DNA of 64,000 nt from Candidatus Marinacidobacterales bacterium (GTDB lineage: Bacteria; Acidobacteriota; Vicinamibacteria; Marinacidobacterales; DATDRI01), in NCBI GenBank assembly GCA_965226495.1, contig OZ245365.1:1600001-1664000 (forward strand), given 5' to 3'. The notes under the pieces were generated by a model. It saw only the letters and a list, made by a program, of their open reading frames with translations. It was not told the origin of the DNA and made no database searches. The position numbers and the translations under genes are program-made. Each line of letters opens with the position of its first letter. The stretch's first letter is position 1. Positions 9,527 through 19,318 of this stretch are shown here, piece after piece.

Positions 9527-10014
9527 TTTGCTTCCTGTCGTACATAGGGTCCGCTTCGTCCACCCGACTTTGAGAGAAGGCGGACGTCGTCGATGACGAC
9601 CGCCCGATCGACCGCTTTCACCATGTCGTAAATCGCAAGCGCGGCGACGGAAACGGCAGTGAGTGCTTCCATCTCGACTCCTGTCTTCGCGTTCGTGCGC
9701 ACGGAGGCCTCGATCTCGAAGCCGGTCCCGATATCTCGAATCTCGATCCCCACGTGCTCCAGCGGAAGCGCATGGCAGAGCGGAATCAACTCCGAAGTCT
9801 TCTTCGCCGCCATGATGCCGGCCAGGCGAGCGGTTTCCTCGACGTTGCCTTTGGCGATTTGCCCGTCTCTCACTTTGTCCATCGCTTCGGGAGATATGCG
9901 GACGGTGCCCGCCGCCACCGCCTCCCGCCGGGAAACGGCTTTATCCCCTACGTCCACCATTCGGACGCTCCCGCTCGGGGAAACGTGGGTTAGCTTGGTT
10001 GTGCGGCGTGCCAT
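9523..10014 (-). CDS. moaC: Cyclic pyranopterin monophosphate synthase MoaC
   Basis: MVDVGDK, AGIMAAKKTSELIPLCH, TGVEMEALT, KSGGRSG. Confidence 0.96.
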   Translation of the reverse strand: MARRTTKLTHVSPSGSVRMVDVGDKAVSRREAVAAGTVRISPEAMDKVRDGQIAKGNVEETARLAGIMAAKKTSELIPLCHALPLEHVGIEIRDIGTGFEIEASVRTNAKTGVEMEALTAVSVAALAIYDMVKAVDRAVVIDDVRLLSKSGGRSGPYVRQEAK

Positions 10015-10029
10015 CGGTCCTCTCTAGTG

Positions 10030-10170
10030 CCTCAATGCGCGCTCACTCGTCGATAGGTGGCGCGGGGCCCCACCCCCACCCCCACACCGCCGTCCCTTCG
10101 CCGGCATTCGGCTGCGGGACAGCTGACGGCTCTTGGCGCAGGGTGCCGTGCATTCTTCAGCACCCTGCCA
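10030..10170. repeat. REP-like element; inverted, internally deleted relative of the 42584-42840 copy
   Basis: Reverse complement matches about 42605-42670 joined to 42790-42838; CAGGGTGC...GCACCCTG hairpin overlaps the moeA 3' end. Confidence 0.75.
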
Positions 10171-11431
10171 GGTAAAGAAATCGGTCCAGAGGATACACCT
10201 GGACTGTCTGTCCCGCGGCGAGCCGATCCTCGTCCTCGGGTACGATCAACAACGCGTTTGCTTTAGAGAAAGCGACGATGTCGGCGGACCCGCGTGTCGA
10301 GATCGGATGGGCCGCAATGCCCTCGCCCTCGGGTTCGATCCACCCCGGTAGGAACGCGCGTCGGGCTCCCCTACTCGATAGAGAATCTCGGAGCGTGGCC
10401 GACAGGAGAGGGCGGTGTGGCTCGCTGCAGCCCTCCATCTTGGCCAGAGCGGGACGAACGAAAAGCTCGAACGTCACCATGGTTGATACGGGATTGCCGG
10501 GAAGGCCGAACACCAGTCCGCCGGCGTCGGCCGAGATCCCGAAAACGAGTGGTTTTCCTGGTTTAAGGGCCACACGATCGAAAAGCGTGCGCACGCCGAG
10601 CTCGCCGAGAACGCCCTCCACCAAATCGAAGCGGCCCATCGAGACACCGCCGGACAGCAGGAGCACGTCTGCACGCAGTCCGTCTCGGATCAACTCTCGA
10701 AGCGATTCTTCCGTGTCTTTCGCCACACCTAGATACTGCACCTCCGCTCCGGCGGAGCGTGCCTGGGCGACTAGAGAAAAACCGTTGCTGTTTCGAATCT
10801 TGCCCGGCCCGGGTTTGGAAGCAGGATCGACGAGCTCGTCGCCGGTCGCGATGACGGCGAGGCGAGGGCGACGGCCTACCGATACCTTGACTCTGCCGAC
10901 CGTTGCCGCGACCGCCACCGAGGCCGCATCCAAGCGAGTACCCTTCCAGAGAACGACGTCACCCTCCTTGACTTCATCACCGCGGGGCGCGATGTTTTGC
11001 CCCGAACGTACGGTCTCAATGATCTCGACGAGCTCTCCCTCGAGGCGCGTTTTCTCAACCATCTGTACCGCGTCTGTTCCTTCGGGTACGGGAGCGCCGG
11101 TCATCACTTGAGCGGCCTCGCCACCGTTGACATGGAATGCGGGTGAAGCTCCAGCGGGGACAACACCGACGACGCGAAGCTGGGATGGTGGTGATTTCAC
11201 ATCTGCAGAACGCAGTGCAAAACCGTCTACGGCAGACCGAGGAAAGGGAGGCAGATCGAGATCGGAAACGATGTCTTCGGCAAGCAGGCGCCCCGGCGCG
11301 TCTTGAAAGTCGACGTTTTCCGTCGGAAGCGCGCGCGCGTTGTCGAGAACGATTTCGAGTGCTTTTTGGACGGGGATCAAATGCGGCTCCTGGAGAGCGC
11401 CCATCGTATCCAAACGTGGATCGAGTGTCAA
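10157..11431 (-). CDS. moeA: Molybdopterin molybdotransferase MoeA (Glp)
   Basis: PPFPRSAVDGFA, MTGAPVP, TGDEL, SGGVSMG, KPGKP, GLPGNPVS. Start may be ATG 11404. Confidence 0.95.
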   Translation of the reverse strand: MTLDPRLDTMGALQEPHLIPVQKALEIVLDNARALPTENVDFQDAPGRLLAEDIVSDLDLPPFPRSAVDGFALRSADVKSPPSQLRVVGVVPAGASPAFHVNGGEAAQVMTGAPVPEGTDAVQMVEKTRLEGELVEIIETVRSGQNIAPRGDEVKEGDVVLWKGTRLDAASVAVAATVGRVKVSVGRRPRLAVIATGDELVDPASKPGPGKIRNSNGFSLVAQARSAGAEVQYLGVAKDTEESLRELIRDGLRADVLLLSGGVSMGRFDLVEGVLGELGVRTLFDRVALKPGKPLVFGISADAGGLVFGLPGNPVSTMVTFELFVRPALAKMEGCSEPHRPLLSATLRDSLSSRGARRAFLPGWIEPEGEGIAAHPISTRGSADIVAFSKANALLIVPEDEDRLAAGQTVQVYPLDRFLYLAGC

Positions 11432-11451
11432 AAAATATCGATGGGTCTCGC

Positions 11452-12489
11452 TCAGCTCAAAAGCCGCTGGATTTTCTCCTCCAGTTCACGGAGTTTCGCC
11501 TTCAACCGAGGGAGGGCTCGCATCTCTGCCAGCGCGCGCAGGACTTCGCCATGGGGGCGGGCGGGATATCCAGAGACCTTGGTCCCAGCTGGAATGTCGC
11601 CGATCACGCCTGCCTGGCCGATGAGGATAGCATCGTCGCCCACCTTCACGTGATCGGCCATGCCGACTTGACCGCCCATCATGACTCGTCTTCCGATGAC
11701 GGTGCTACCGGATATGCCACACTGCGCGGCCATGACCGTATCCTCACCTATCTCGACGTTGTGGCCGATGTGGACTTGATTGTCGAGGCGCACACCGCGT
11801 CGTATCAACGTTCGACCGAAGGTGGCGCGGTCGATCGTTGCGTTGGCGCCAATCTCGACGTCGTCCTCCATGACCACTGTGCCCACGTGACGGATCTTGA
11901 AGAAGTGGCCGTTTCGTCGAGCGAACCCGAAACCGTCGGCGCCAATCACCGCCCCCGGGTGAATGATTACGCGAGAACCGATCGAAGTGCCTTCGCGGAT
12001 CACCACGTTCGGCCATACCGTCACATCTACTCCCAATCGAACTCCCTCACCGACGTACACGCCGGGGTGAAGCACGGTTCTCGCACCGATCGATGCTTCG
12101 GCTCCGATGCAGACGAAGGGGCCGATTGAAACTCCTGCCCCGATCTCCGCAGAGCCCGAGATCTTCGCCTGAGGATCTATTCCGGGGGGAGGCCTCAATT
12201 GATCTGGAGGGTTAAAGAGATCGACGAGTCGATTGATGCTCAGAAACGGATCGGACACCAGGATTTGCGGGATGGCGAGCTCAGGAACGTTGTCGACCGA
12301 GAGGATGGCTCCCGCGCGCGTGTGGGCCAACGCGTCGGCGTACTTAGCGCTGGCAACGAAGCTGACGTCGGTCGGTCCCGCGTCTGCAAGCGAGGCTACC
12401 CCGGTGATTTCGACGCTACCGTTACCGACCAGGTCCCCTCCAACCTGCTTCGCTAACTCGTCGACCCGGAAGGTTCGTCGGTTACTCAA
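11452..12489 (-). CDS. lpxD: UDP-3-O-(3-hydroxyacyl)glucosamine N-acyltransferase
   Basis: Hexapeptide repeats; [29 protein letters not shown]. Confidence 0.95.
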   Translation of the reverse strand: MSNRRTFRVDELAKQVGGDLVGNGSVEITGVASLADAGPTDVSFVASAKYADALAHTRAGAILSVDNVPELAIPQILVSDPFLSINRLVDLFNPPDQLRPPPGIDPQAKISGSAEIGAGVSIGPFVCIGAEASIGARTVLHPGVYVGEGVRLGVDVTVWPNVVIREGTSIGSRVIIHPGAVIGADGFGFARRNGHFFKIRHVGTVVMEDDVEIGANATIDRATFGRTLIRRGVRLDNQVHIGHNVEIGEDTVMAAQCGISGSTVIGRRVMMGGQVGMADHVKVGDDAILIGQAGVIGDIPAGTKVSGYPARPHGEVLRALAEMRALPRLKAKLRELEEKIQRLLS

Positions 12490-12637
12490 GGCGTTTTTCT
12501 CTCTCTTGTTGATCGGGCTCGAGCCTCGGGGGCATTTTAGGGAAAGCGAATCTCGAAGTCAAAGAGACGCGGTTCTGGAGTGTAAAGGGTTCTCGGAGAG
12601 CCGTTTGGGAGGACTTCATGGAGATTCTGGGTAGGAG

Positions 12638-14911
12638 CTATTGGAGGTTCTCGAGCTCCTGTTTCGCCATCTCCGCATTGAGGTCATCGGGTGCAAGGAG
12701 AAGGAAAGCCTCCAAGTGAGTCTTACTTTCCTCGGCGGTGCAGTTCGTCTCTCTGGCGCAGAGCACTCCGAAGGTGAGCCGGGCGTCGCTATGCCGCGGC
12801 GCCACTTCGAGAAGCTCTCGCAATACCGCGGTAGCCGTTTCGATGCGTTCGTCGGTGAGGAGGAGCATGGCGAGGTTCCAGAGGACCTCCGGTTGATCTC
12901 GGCGTACCTCGAGAGCTCTTTCGTGTAAGTCGGCCGCGCCTTCGAAGTCGAGCACTTCGTACCGCTCCTGGGCCTTGCTTAGAAGGGCGCTGATTTTCGT
13001 CTCTTCCATGGCGGTCAGCGTTTCTTTCTGCAAGTATGACTTCTCGAGTAGACCAAGCTGACCGTACAGATCGACGAGCGCTCTTCGGGCCTTGAGGTTC
13101 TCCCCATTCAACTCGAGAACGCGCTCGAACTGTCGGGAAGCGTCTGCATCGCGCCCCTGACCGTAGAGAGCTAGCGCAAGGTTGTAAGTAAATTCTTCGT
13201 CTCGAGTTAAGCGAAGCGCCTGGCGGGCGGTGGTCTCCGCGAGGCGGTACATCCCCTTATCGATGTAGAGACGGGAAAGCGCCCTTAACGTTCGGAGCGC
13301 GTCTGGGTCGAGACGGTGCGCCGCCTCGAAGGCTTCCAAGGCTTCTTCTCGCCGCTCGACTCGAAGAAGCAAACTTCCTAACTTCCACAGGGTCGTCGCC
13401 GAGGGAGGATAGCGCTCGTAGTGCTCGAAAAGCTCCTGGATCACCAAAGGCACCGTCGCCGGCGTGTAATCCCACGGCTCCCCGAGAGGATCGAAATAAC
13501 GAAAGGCTAGATCGGTGAGTCGCCCCGAGCCATCCGCTTCTTGCGCGAAGAGAAGGGCGGTGTCGTCGAAGAACAGTAACGTCAGCTCTGGGGTCTCGGC
13601 CAGCTGTGCTTTTTCCCGGCGCGCGAAATCGCGATCGACTAGAACGAATTCAAGATCATGGTGCTCGAGCGTCTCAGTGAGTCGACGCGAAACAGTCTCG
13701 CGCTCGAATGCCTCGAGGGACGTGGAACGCAAGTACGCGAGCGGCGTCAACTCAGAGCCACCCCGCCAGCTGGCAAGTCCGCCTGCGCTTGGAACGTTGA
13801 AGATCGGGCGCTCTAGGCCGTGCTCGGTGATAAAGCTCATCACGGTTTGGAAAGGGTGTTCTTGCGGTGTTGTCGTCGCATTGGGGAACACGAGTACAAG
13901 GCCCACGATGAGGGCGGCCGCAGGGTTTGTGAGTGCCCCGAGCAACCGACGTGGAGTCGGTGGGACTTTCTCTGCGAGTTTGGTTAGGGACCGGCTGCTG
14001 GGTGGCATCGCGACCGCAGCGAAGAACAGGACGAAATGCCTGGAAAAGAGCGAGGAGATCAGAAAAGAGCCCATCGCCAAGGTCTCGAACGGCATCGCGA
14101 GAGGTGGAGCCGCGAGGGCTAGCAGGCCAGTGATCGTGGCCAGCACGAAGAACAATGTGTCTTCTCGAACCGACACCGGGTTCCAGGAGGAGATCCCCGC
14201 TTCTTGCAAGAGTGCTATCTCGGTGAACGGGTTGTCGATGTTCTGCCATCCTTGCGGACTCGCGCTGATGAGTATCGCCGCCACCACCCCTACGCCGATC
14301 AAGATCAGCGGCTCTTGGAAGACCACCCAGCGTTTTTCCGGCTCTGCACCCCGTGCCAGCCTGATCGCACGAATTAGAAACGTGAACATCGCCAGGCCCG
14401 CCAAGGTCAATCCTAGCAACGCATCGCGATTGAGGAAGGACCAGGCGCTCAGAGGAACGAGAAGCAGTAGTAGCCACCACTTGTTCTTTTCTCGGAGTGT
14501 GGTCAAACAGAGGACGACCGTCGATAGGAGCGGCCAAGAAAAGAGGAAGGTGGATAGATCAAGTGTGGTGGCGACTAATGAAACCGCGCCGCACGCGGTT
14601 ACGAATCCACCGCTGCTCGGCCGACAGAGGAACAACAGTAAGGCTCCGCCACCCAGGCAGGCTGCGGCCAGAACGCGCAGACCAAGCTCGCCGCCGAGAC
14701 GATGGACCTGAAAGAGAAGCCAACTTCCCAGCCAACCGCCCGTCTTCTCGGCAATTCCTGGCGAGAGGACCGTGTCGGGTGGTGCAGGCCGGCCGGTAAC
14801 GCTTATCTGACGTCCCTGGGCCAGGTCTAGATAGCCGCCGTCGGCGAATGGTAGGAGAGCGCCTAACCAGCCTCCGAAAAGAACGAGAATTATTGGAAGG
14901 AGGCGGGTCAC
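12638..14911 (-). CDS. Polytopic membrane protein (divergent GT-C-like) with C-terminal TPR repeats
   Basis: About 10 hydrophobic segments, then RPIFN...GG..W and LLFFDD motifs, then several TPR-like helical repeats. Confidence 0.7.
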   Translation of the reverse strand: MTRLLPIILVLFGGWLGALLPFADGGYLDLAQGRQISVTGRPAPPDTVLSPGIAEKTGGWLGSWLLFQVHRLGGELGLRVLAAACLGGGALLLFLCRPSSGGFVTACGAVSLVATTLDLSTFLFSWPLLSTVVLCLTTLREKNKWWLLLLLVPLSAWSFLNRDALLGLTLAGLAMFTFLIRAIRLARGAEPEKRWVVFQEPLILIGVGVVAAILISASPQGWQNIDNPFTEIALLQEAGISSWNPVSVREDTLFFVLATITGLLALAAPPLAMPFETLAMGSFLISSLFSRHFVLFFAAVAMPPSSRSLTKLAEKVPPTPRRLLGALTNPAAALIVGLVLVFPNATTTPQEHPFQTVMSFITEHGLERPIFNVPSAGGLASWRGGSELTPLAYLRSTSLEAFERETVSRRLTETLEHHDLEFVLVDRDFARREKAQLAETPELTLLFFDDTALLFAQEADGSGRLTDLAFRYFDPLGEPWDYTPATVPLVIQELFEHYERYPPSATTLWKLGSLLLRVERREEALEAFEAAHRLDPDALRTLRALSRLYIDKGMYRLAETTARQALRLTRDEEFTYNLALALYGQGRDADASRQFERVLELNGENLKARRALVDLYGQLGLLEKSYLQKETLTAMEETKISALLSKAQERYEVLDFEGAADLHERALEVRRDQPEVLWNLAMLLLTDERIETATAVLRELLEVAPRHSDARLTFGVLCARETNCTAEESKTHLEAFLLLAPDDLNAEMAKQELENLQ

Positions 14912-15064
14912 GAGCTCCTAACGGCCGACGGACCTCCCGGCCCGCTAGTCGGCGCGCGCTGAGGGCTTTCATCAGTGGTCTGGGGCCCCACCCCCGCCGC
15001 TCGGCTCACTCCGGTCGAAGCAACCACGTATTTTGGCGGCCGGCAGGGCGCGTGGAGTCTCCTA

Positions 15065-15330
15065 GCAAGCGACTGCGCGCGGGCTGAGGGTTCGTCAATC
15101 ATCAATGGTCTGGGGCCCCACCCCCAGACCTCGCGCTCCGTCGGCAAGCGACTGCGCGCGGGCTGAGGGCTCGTCAATCATCAATGGTCTGGGGCCCCAC
15201 CCCCAGACCTCGCGCTCCGTCGGCAAGCGACTGCGCGCGGGCTGAGGGCTCGTCAATCATCAATGGTCTGGGGCCCCACCCCCAGACCTCGCGCTCCGTC
15301 GGCAAGCGACTGCGCGCGGGCTGAGGGCTC
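15065..15330. repeat. 79-bp tandem repeat (about 3.3 copies) of the REP-like unit
   Basis: GCAAGCGACTGCG starts at 15065, 15144, 15223 and 15302. Each full unit has hairpin GGTCTGGGG-CCCCAC-CCCCAGACC. Diverged copy at about 14955-15000. Confidence 0.95.
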
Positions 15331-15371
15331 CTTTTTCAGAACCGACAAGTTCTTACCGGGGGTCTCCGACC

Positions 15372-16637
15372 CTACGGGAACAAGCCCCGGACCTTCGTGG
15401 CTTCGGCGACGCGGCCGACGGCCAAAACGTACGCACCAATGCGATTGTTAACTTTGTGCTTTTCCGCGGACTGACCTACTTCATGAAACGCGCGGATCAT
15501 AATTTTTTCGAGCCGTCGATTCACCTCGTCCTCGTCCCAGAAAAAGCCCTGCAAATCCTGGACCCACTCGAAGTAGGAAACCGTGACGCCGCCGGCGTTC
15601 GCCAAGATGTCGGGGATCACGAAGACACCTTTGTCGTGGAGAATGTCGTCGGCGCCTGGCGTGGTCGGCCCGTTCGCCGCCTCCGCAACGATCTTAGCGT
15701 TGACCGAAGCGGCGTTCTCCAGCGTGATTTGGTTCTCGAGGGCGGCCGGGACCAGAACATCACACTCCAGTTGGAGGATCTCTTGGTTCGTGATGGCGTC
15801 GGCGCCCGGGAAACCTGCGACCGAACCGGTCTCCTGCTTGTGAGCGAGAACCTTCTTGGGGTCGAGCCCATTGGTGTTCAATATGCCAGCGCGGGAATCG
15901 GATACCGCAATGATCTTCGCACCATCTTCGGCTAGCAAGTTTGCGCTGATGTACCCGGCGTTCCCGTAGCCCTGCACTGCCGCGGTGGCACCGGAGAGGT
16001 TGATCCCTTTTTCCCTGCACGCTTCGCGGATGGCAAAGAGACAACCCCGGGCAGTCGCTTCGTGCCGGCCCCGCGATCCGCCTAGCTCGATCGGTTTGCC
16101 GGTGACGACGGCAAGAGTCGAGTGTCCTTGGATCATGCTATAGGTGTCCATGATCCAGGCCATGGTTTGAGCATTCGTGTAAACGTCCGGAGCGGGGATG
16201 TCTCGATCGGGGCCGATAATGATCGAAAGCTCAGCAGCGAAACGCCGCGTCATATTCTCGAGCTCTTGTTGGGACATGTTCTTTGGGTCGCAGATCACTC
16301 CGCCTTTTCCACCGCCGTACGGGACGTTCACGGTGGCGGTCTTCCAGGTCATCCAAGCCGCGAGGGCCTTCACCTCGTCCAAAGTGACGTCGGGATGGTA
16401 TCGGATGCCGCCCTTGGCCGGGCCTCGCGCAACGTTATGTTGCACACGATAGCCTTCGAATACTTTGACTTGACCATTGTCCATCTTCGTGGGAATCGAG
16501 ACGATGAGCTGCCTCTTCGGGCTTCGGAGCACCTCGCGCATCCCCGGGTTCAGATTCAGGATATCGGCCGCGCAGTCGAATTGTTGCGAGGCGATGTGAA
16601 ACGGATTCAGGTCTTCCTTGACTTGGGTGGTGGCCAT
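15372..16637 (-). CDS. gdhA: Glu/Leu/Phe/Val dehydrogenase (glutamate dehydrogenase)
   Basis: GPAKGGIRYHP, GGGKGG, DIPAPDV, QGYGNAG, ANAGGVTVSYFEWVQ. Confidence 0.93.
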   Translation of the reverse strand: MATTQVKEDLNPFHIASQQFDCAADILNLNPGMREVLRSPKRQLIVSIPTKMDNGQVKVFEGYRVQHNVARGPAKGGIRYHPDVTLDEVKALAAWMTWKTATVNVPYGGGKGGVICDPKNMSQQELENMTRRFAAELSIIIGPDRDIPAPDVYTNAQTMAWIMDTYSMIQGHSTLAVVTGKPIELGGSRGRHEATARGCLFAIREACREKGINLSGATAAVQGYGNAGYISANLLAEDGAKIIAVSDSRAGILNTNGLDPKKVLAHKQETGSVAGFPGADAITNQEILQLECDVLVPAALENQITLENAASVNAKIVAEAANGPTTPGADDILHDKGVFVIPDILANAGGVTVSYFEWVQDLQGFFWDEDEVNRRLEKIMIRAFHEVGQSAEKHKVNNRIGAYVLAVGRVAEATKVRGLFP

Positions 16638-16809
16638 TATTCTCCTCCGCGGTGGGTGTCAACTGGCCCTTCGGATGTTATCGGACGTGAGCGGTGACGA
16701 TTCTGGGACCGTTTCGTCCTCGTAGAACGACTGTATGCAAGTTTAGTTCCCGTCCTGCTTTAGCCGGCGGGGTTGGAATCCTGCCTACGGCGGTCGTGAC
16801 GGCCGCGCT

Positions 16810-16838
16810 AATCTAATGGATGTGTGGCTTGCAGTCAA
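16810..16838 (-). promoter_or_regulatory. sigma70-type promoter for gdh
   Basis: TTGACT-N17-TAGATT on the minus strand, about 170 nt before the ATG. Confidence 0.55.
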
Positions 16839-17005
16839 CCTCTCGGGCCGGTCGGGGGCGGTAATCGCCGGGATTGGGGGGAGTGCCGCAGTTACAGCAC
16901 CCAATGGGCCCGGGGGAGTGCCCGTTTTCGTGGTCCGGCGTGAGGGTCAACAACTTCGCATTTGTTTGCTAAAATAGCTACAGGTCTGAATATAGCCAAG
17001 GACAC

Positions 17006-19318
17006 ATGTCTCAAACACCCATCGGCAAACTCGGCAAGTACGAGATCCGAAAGGATCTTGGCAAAGGTGCTATGGGTGTTGTGTATCTCGCCTGGGATCC
17101 GGTCCTCGAGCGCGAAGTGGCGCTCAAGGTCATGGCCAGCACCATCGTATCCGATGATGACTTGCGAGAGCGTTTCGCGCGTGAGGCCAAGGCAGTCGCC
17201 AGGCTCCAGCATGCCAATATTGTCACCATCTACGACCTTGGGTACGACGATGCCGGGTCTCCCTTCATCGCGATGGAGCTCCTCAAGGGAACCGACCTCG
17301 AGCGAAGAATTCGCAAGAACCCCCCTTCGTTCGGGCAGCGTTTGGAAATCGTAGCTCAGGTGTGTCGGGGTTTGGCGCATGCCCACGGCAACGGGATCGT
17401 GCACCGCGACGTCAAGCCCGCCAACGTCTTCGTTCTGGAGGGTGGTGGAGTCAAGATCATGGACTTCGGCGTGGCGCGGTGGATGCAGTCCTCGCAGACA
17501 CAAACCGGCGCCGTCCTCGGCACTGCCGACTACATGTCCCCGGAGCAAATCCGCGGTCAAAAAGTAGACGGTCGGTCCGACATTTTCAGCGTTGGCATCA
17601 TTCTCTATCGGCTACTGACGAACAAGAAGCCCTTCACCGGCGAGAACATTCAAGCGACCTTCTATAAGATCCTGACAAACGATCACCCGCTGCTCGTTCT
17701 ACCTGATGGACAACAGGTCGACCAGCTCCAAGACATCGTCGACCGCGCCTTAGCGAAAGACGCCGACGAGCGATACGGGTCCGCCGAGGAAATGGCGGAT
17801 GACATCAAGGAGTTTCTCCGTGTCTTCGAAGGCGCCCTTTCCGAAGATACTCTTTTCGATACGGCTTTCGATCCGGAGGCGGCGCCCCCGCGGGACACTC
17901 CCTCCGGGGTGGGAAGTGGAAGACGGGGCACCATGCGCCCCGGTAGCACGGGTCGCGGGGGACGAACTTCTCCCGGCAGCACCGGTCGCGGTTCCCGAAC
18001 GGCGCGCGGAACCTCGGTTCCGCCCACCGCTATGGGAGGCGCAGGGCAGACGGTTACCGGCCAGACCCAGCACACGGCGATCGCGGGCAGGACCTCGATA
18101 AGTCCTGCGACACGCGTCGTCGCCAGGCCCGCCCCTCGTAAGAGCTCGGCGGGGCTCCTTGTCGCGGTGACGGCGGTCGCGGCGATCGGTGCGGGAGCGG
18201 CGTACTGGTACTTCAACCAGCCCGTACCGGGAGCGGGGAATACGGCATCGGGAACGAATGCCGCAACAACGACCACGCCCTCTCCCGAAGTCCTGAACAG
18301 CCGCTTCGATTTCGCAGAGGGCTTGCTAGAAAAAGGACAAGTGGCACAAGCGTTCGAGGTCGTTCAGAACATCCTTACGATCGCCCCCGACAACGAGCGT
18401 GCCTTGGAGCTTCAGGCCCGCATTCAAGAAGCATCCGCGAAGAAGGGTGCCGACGGGTCGGCTACGACCCAGCGGGGAGGTAACTCGGCCGCTCAGTCTT
18501 TGTCCGCAGACGCTTCTATGGCGATTGCGGGCGGGCAACTGGAACAGGCCAGGTCCCTCATCGCCCAAGGGCGCGAGGTGGATCCATCCAACCCGCGTTG
18601 GGATCAATTGAGCCGACAGGTTCAGGATCGCGCCAGACAGCGCCAAGCCCAGGAGACTCAGAGAAAAAAGGTGGAGCTGCTGTCTGGACATCTGCAGCAA
18701 GCGACGAAGCATGTCGAAGTCGGGGACTACGACAGCGCGATTGCCGCTTACGACGTCGTTCTTAGTGAGGACCCGACCAACGCTGCAGCACTCAGTGGAA
18801 AGGTGCAGGCCACGGGTCTGAAGCAGCGAGTGGAACTGGATCGTAAGCGTCAGGAGGAGTTCCAGCAGAAGACCGCCATCGCCCCTACCCGGCGCATCGC
18901 CGAGGGTAAAACCGAATACACGGCGCCGGGTGGGCCAGAGGGGCCGAAGGGCTTCGAGAGCGGCGGAGTCCAAGTGAAGAAGGCCACCGGTGCGCCTACC
19001 TTCCCGGCCCAGGTCATCATCGAAGTGAATCCGCCCAACGCTCAGCCGGGGCAACCGTATGTGCTACGAGTCAGGATGCACAACGAAGGAAACAAGCCCA
19101 TTCACGCCAAGACTATCGAGTTGGTAAGCACGTACAGCGGTAGCACGACCGGCAAGGGACAACAGATTCCGGTCCGCACAGCGCGAGTCAACCCTAGGGC
19201 CACCGCCATGTTGCTCGAGGTTTCCGGCACCTGGTCGGAGGAGCAGAACAAGGGCCAGATCGTTGCCCATGTTTCGCTGATGGGTGGTGGCTCCCTGACT
19301 AAAACGATCAAATGGTAA
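17006..19318 (+). CDS. Membrane Ser/Thr protein kinase (Hanks-type) with TPR-like and C-terminal beta-sandwich regions
   Basis: LGKGAMG, VALK, HRDVKPAN, DFG, YMSPEQ, DIFSVG; G/T/R-rich linker; one TM segment; helical repeats. Confidence 0.93.
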   Translation: MSQTPIGKLGKYEIRKDLGKGAMGVVYLAWDPVLEREVALKVMASTIVSDDDLRERFAREAKAVARLQHANIVTIYDLGYDDAGSPFIAMELLKGTDLERRIRKNPPSFGQRLEIVAQVCRGLAHAHGNGIVHRDVKPANVFVLEGGGVKIMDFGVARWMQSSQTQTGAVLGTADYMSPEQIRGQKVDGRSDIFSVGIILYRLLTNKKPFTGENIQATFYKILTNDHPLLVLPDGQQVDQLQDIVDRALAKDADERYGSAEEMADDIKEFLRVFEGALSEDTLFDTAFDPEAAPPRDTPSGVGSGRRGTMRPGSTGRGGRTSPGSTGRGSRTARGTSVPPTAMGGAGQTVTGQTQHTAIAGRTSISPATRVVARPAPRKSSAGLLVAVTAVAAIGAGAAYWYFNQPVPGAGNTASGTNAATTTTPSPEVLNSRFDFAEGLLEKGQVAQAFEVVQNILTIAPDNERALELQARIQEASAKKGADGSATTQRGGNSAAQSLSADASMAIAGGQLEQARSLIAQGREVDPSNPRWDQLSRQVQDRARQRQAQETQRKKVELLSGHLQQATKHVEVGDYDSAIAAYDVVLSEDPTNAAALSGKVQATGLKQRVELDRKRQEEFQQKTAIAPTRRIAEGKTEYTAPGGPEGPKGFESGGVQVKKATGAPTFPAQVIIEVNPPNAQPGQPYVLRVRMHNEGNKPIHAKTIELVSTYSGSTTGKGQQIPVRTARVNPRATAMLLEVSGTWSEEQNKGQIVAHVSLMGGGSLTKTIKW

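Noticed and set aside
15065-15330. CRISPR array
   Set aside because: Units are near-identical over the full 79 bp, with no unique spacers and no cas genes nearby.
14848-15451. Short ORFs over REP clusters (also 692-1072, 6611-6877, 19968-20218, 42593-42975, 56962-57337, 62070-62297)
   Set aside because: They translate the repeat itself (WGPTP / GWGP peptides) and lack RBSs.
16700-16740. Hammerhead ribozyme in the gdh leader (GAGGACGAAAC on minus strand)
   Set aside because: The required CTGANGA core is missing.
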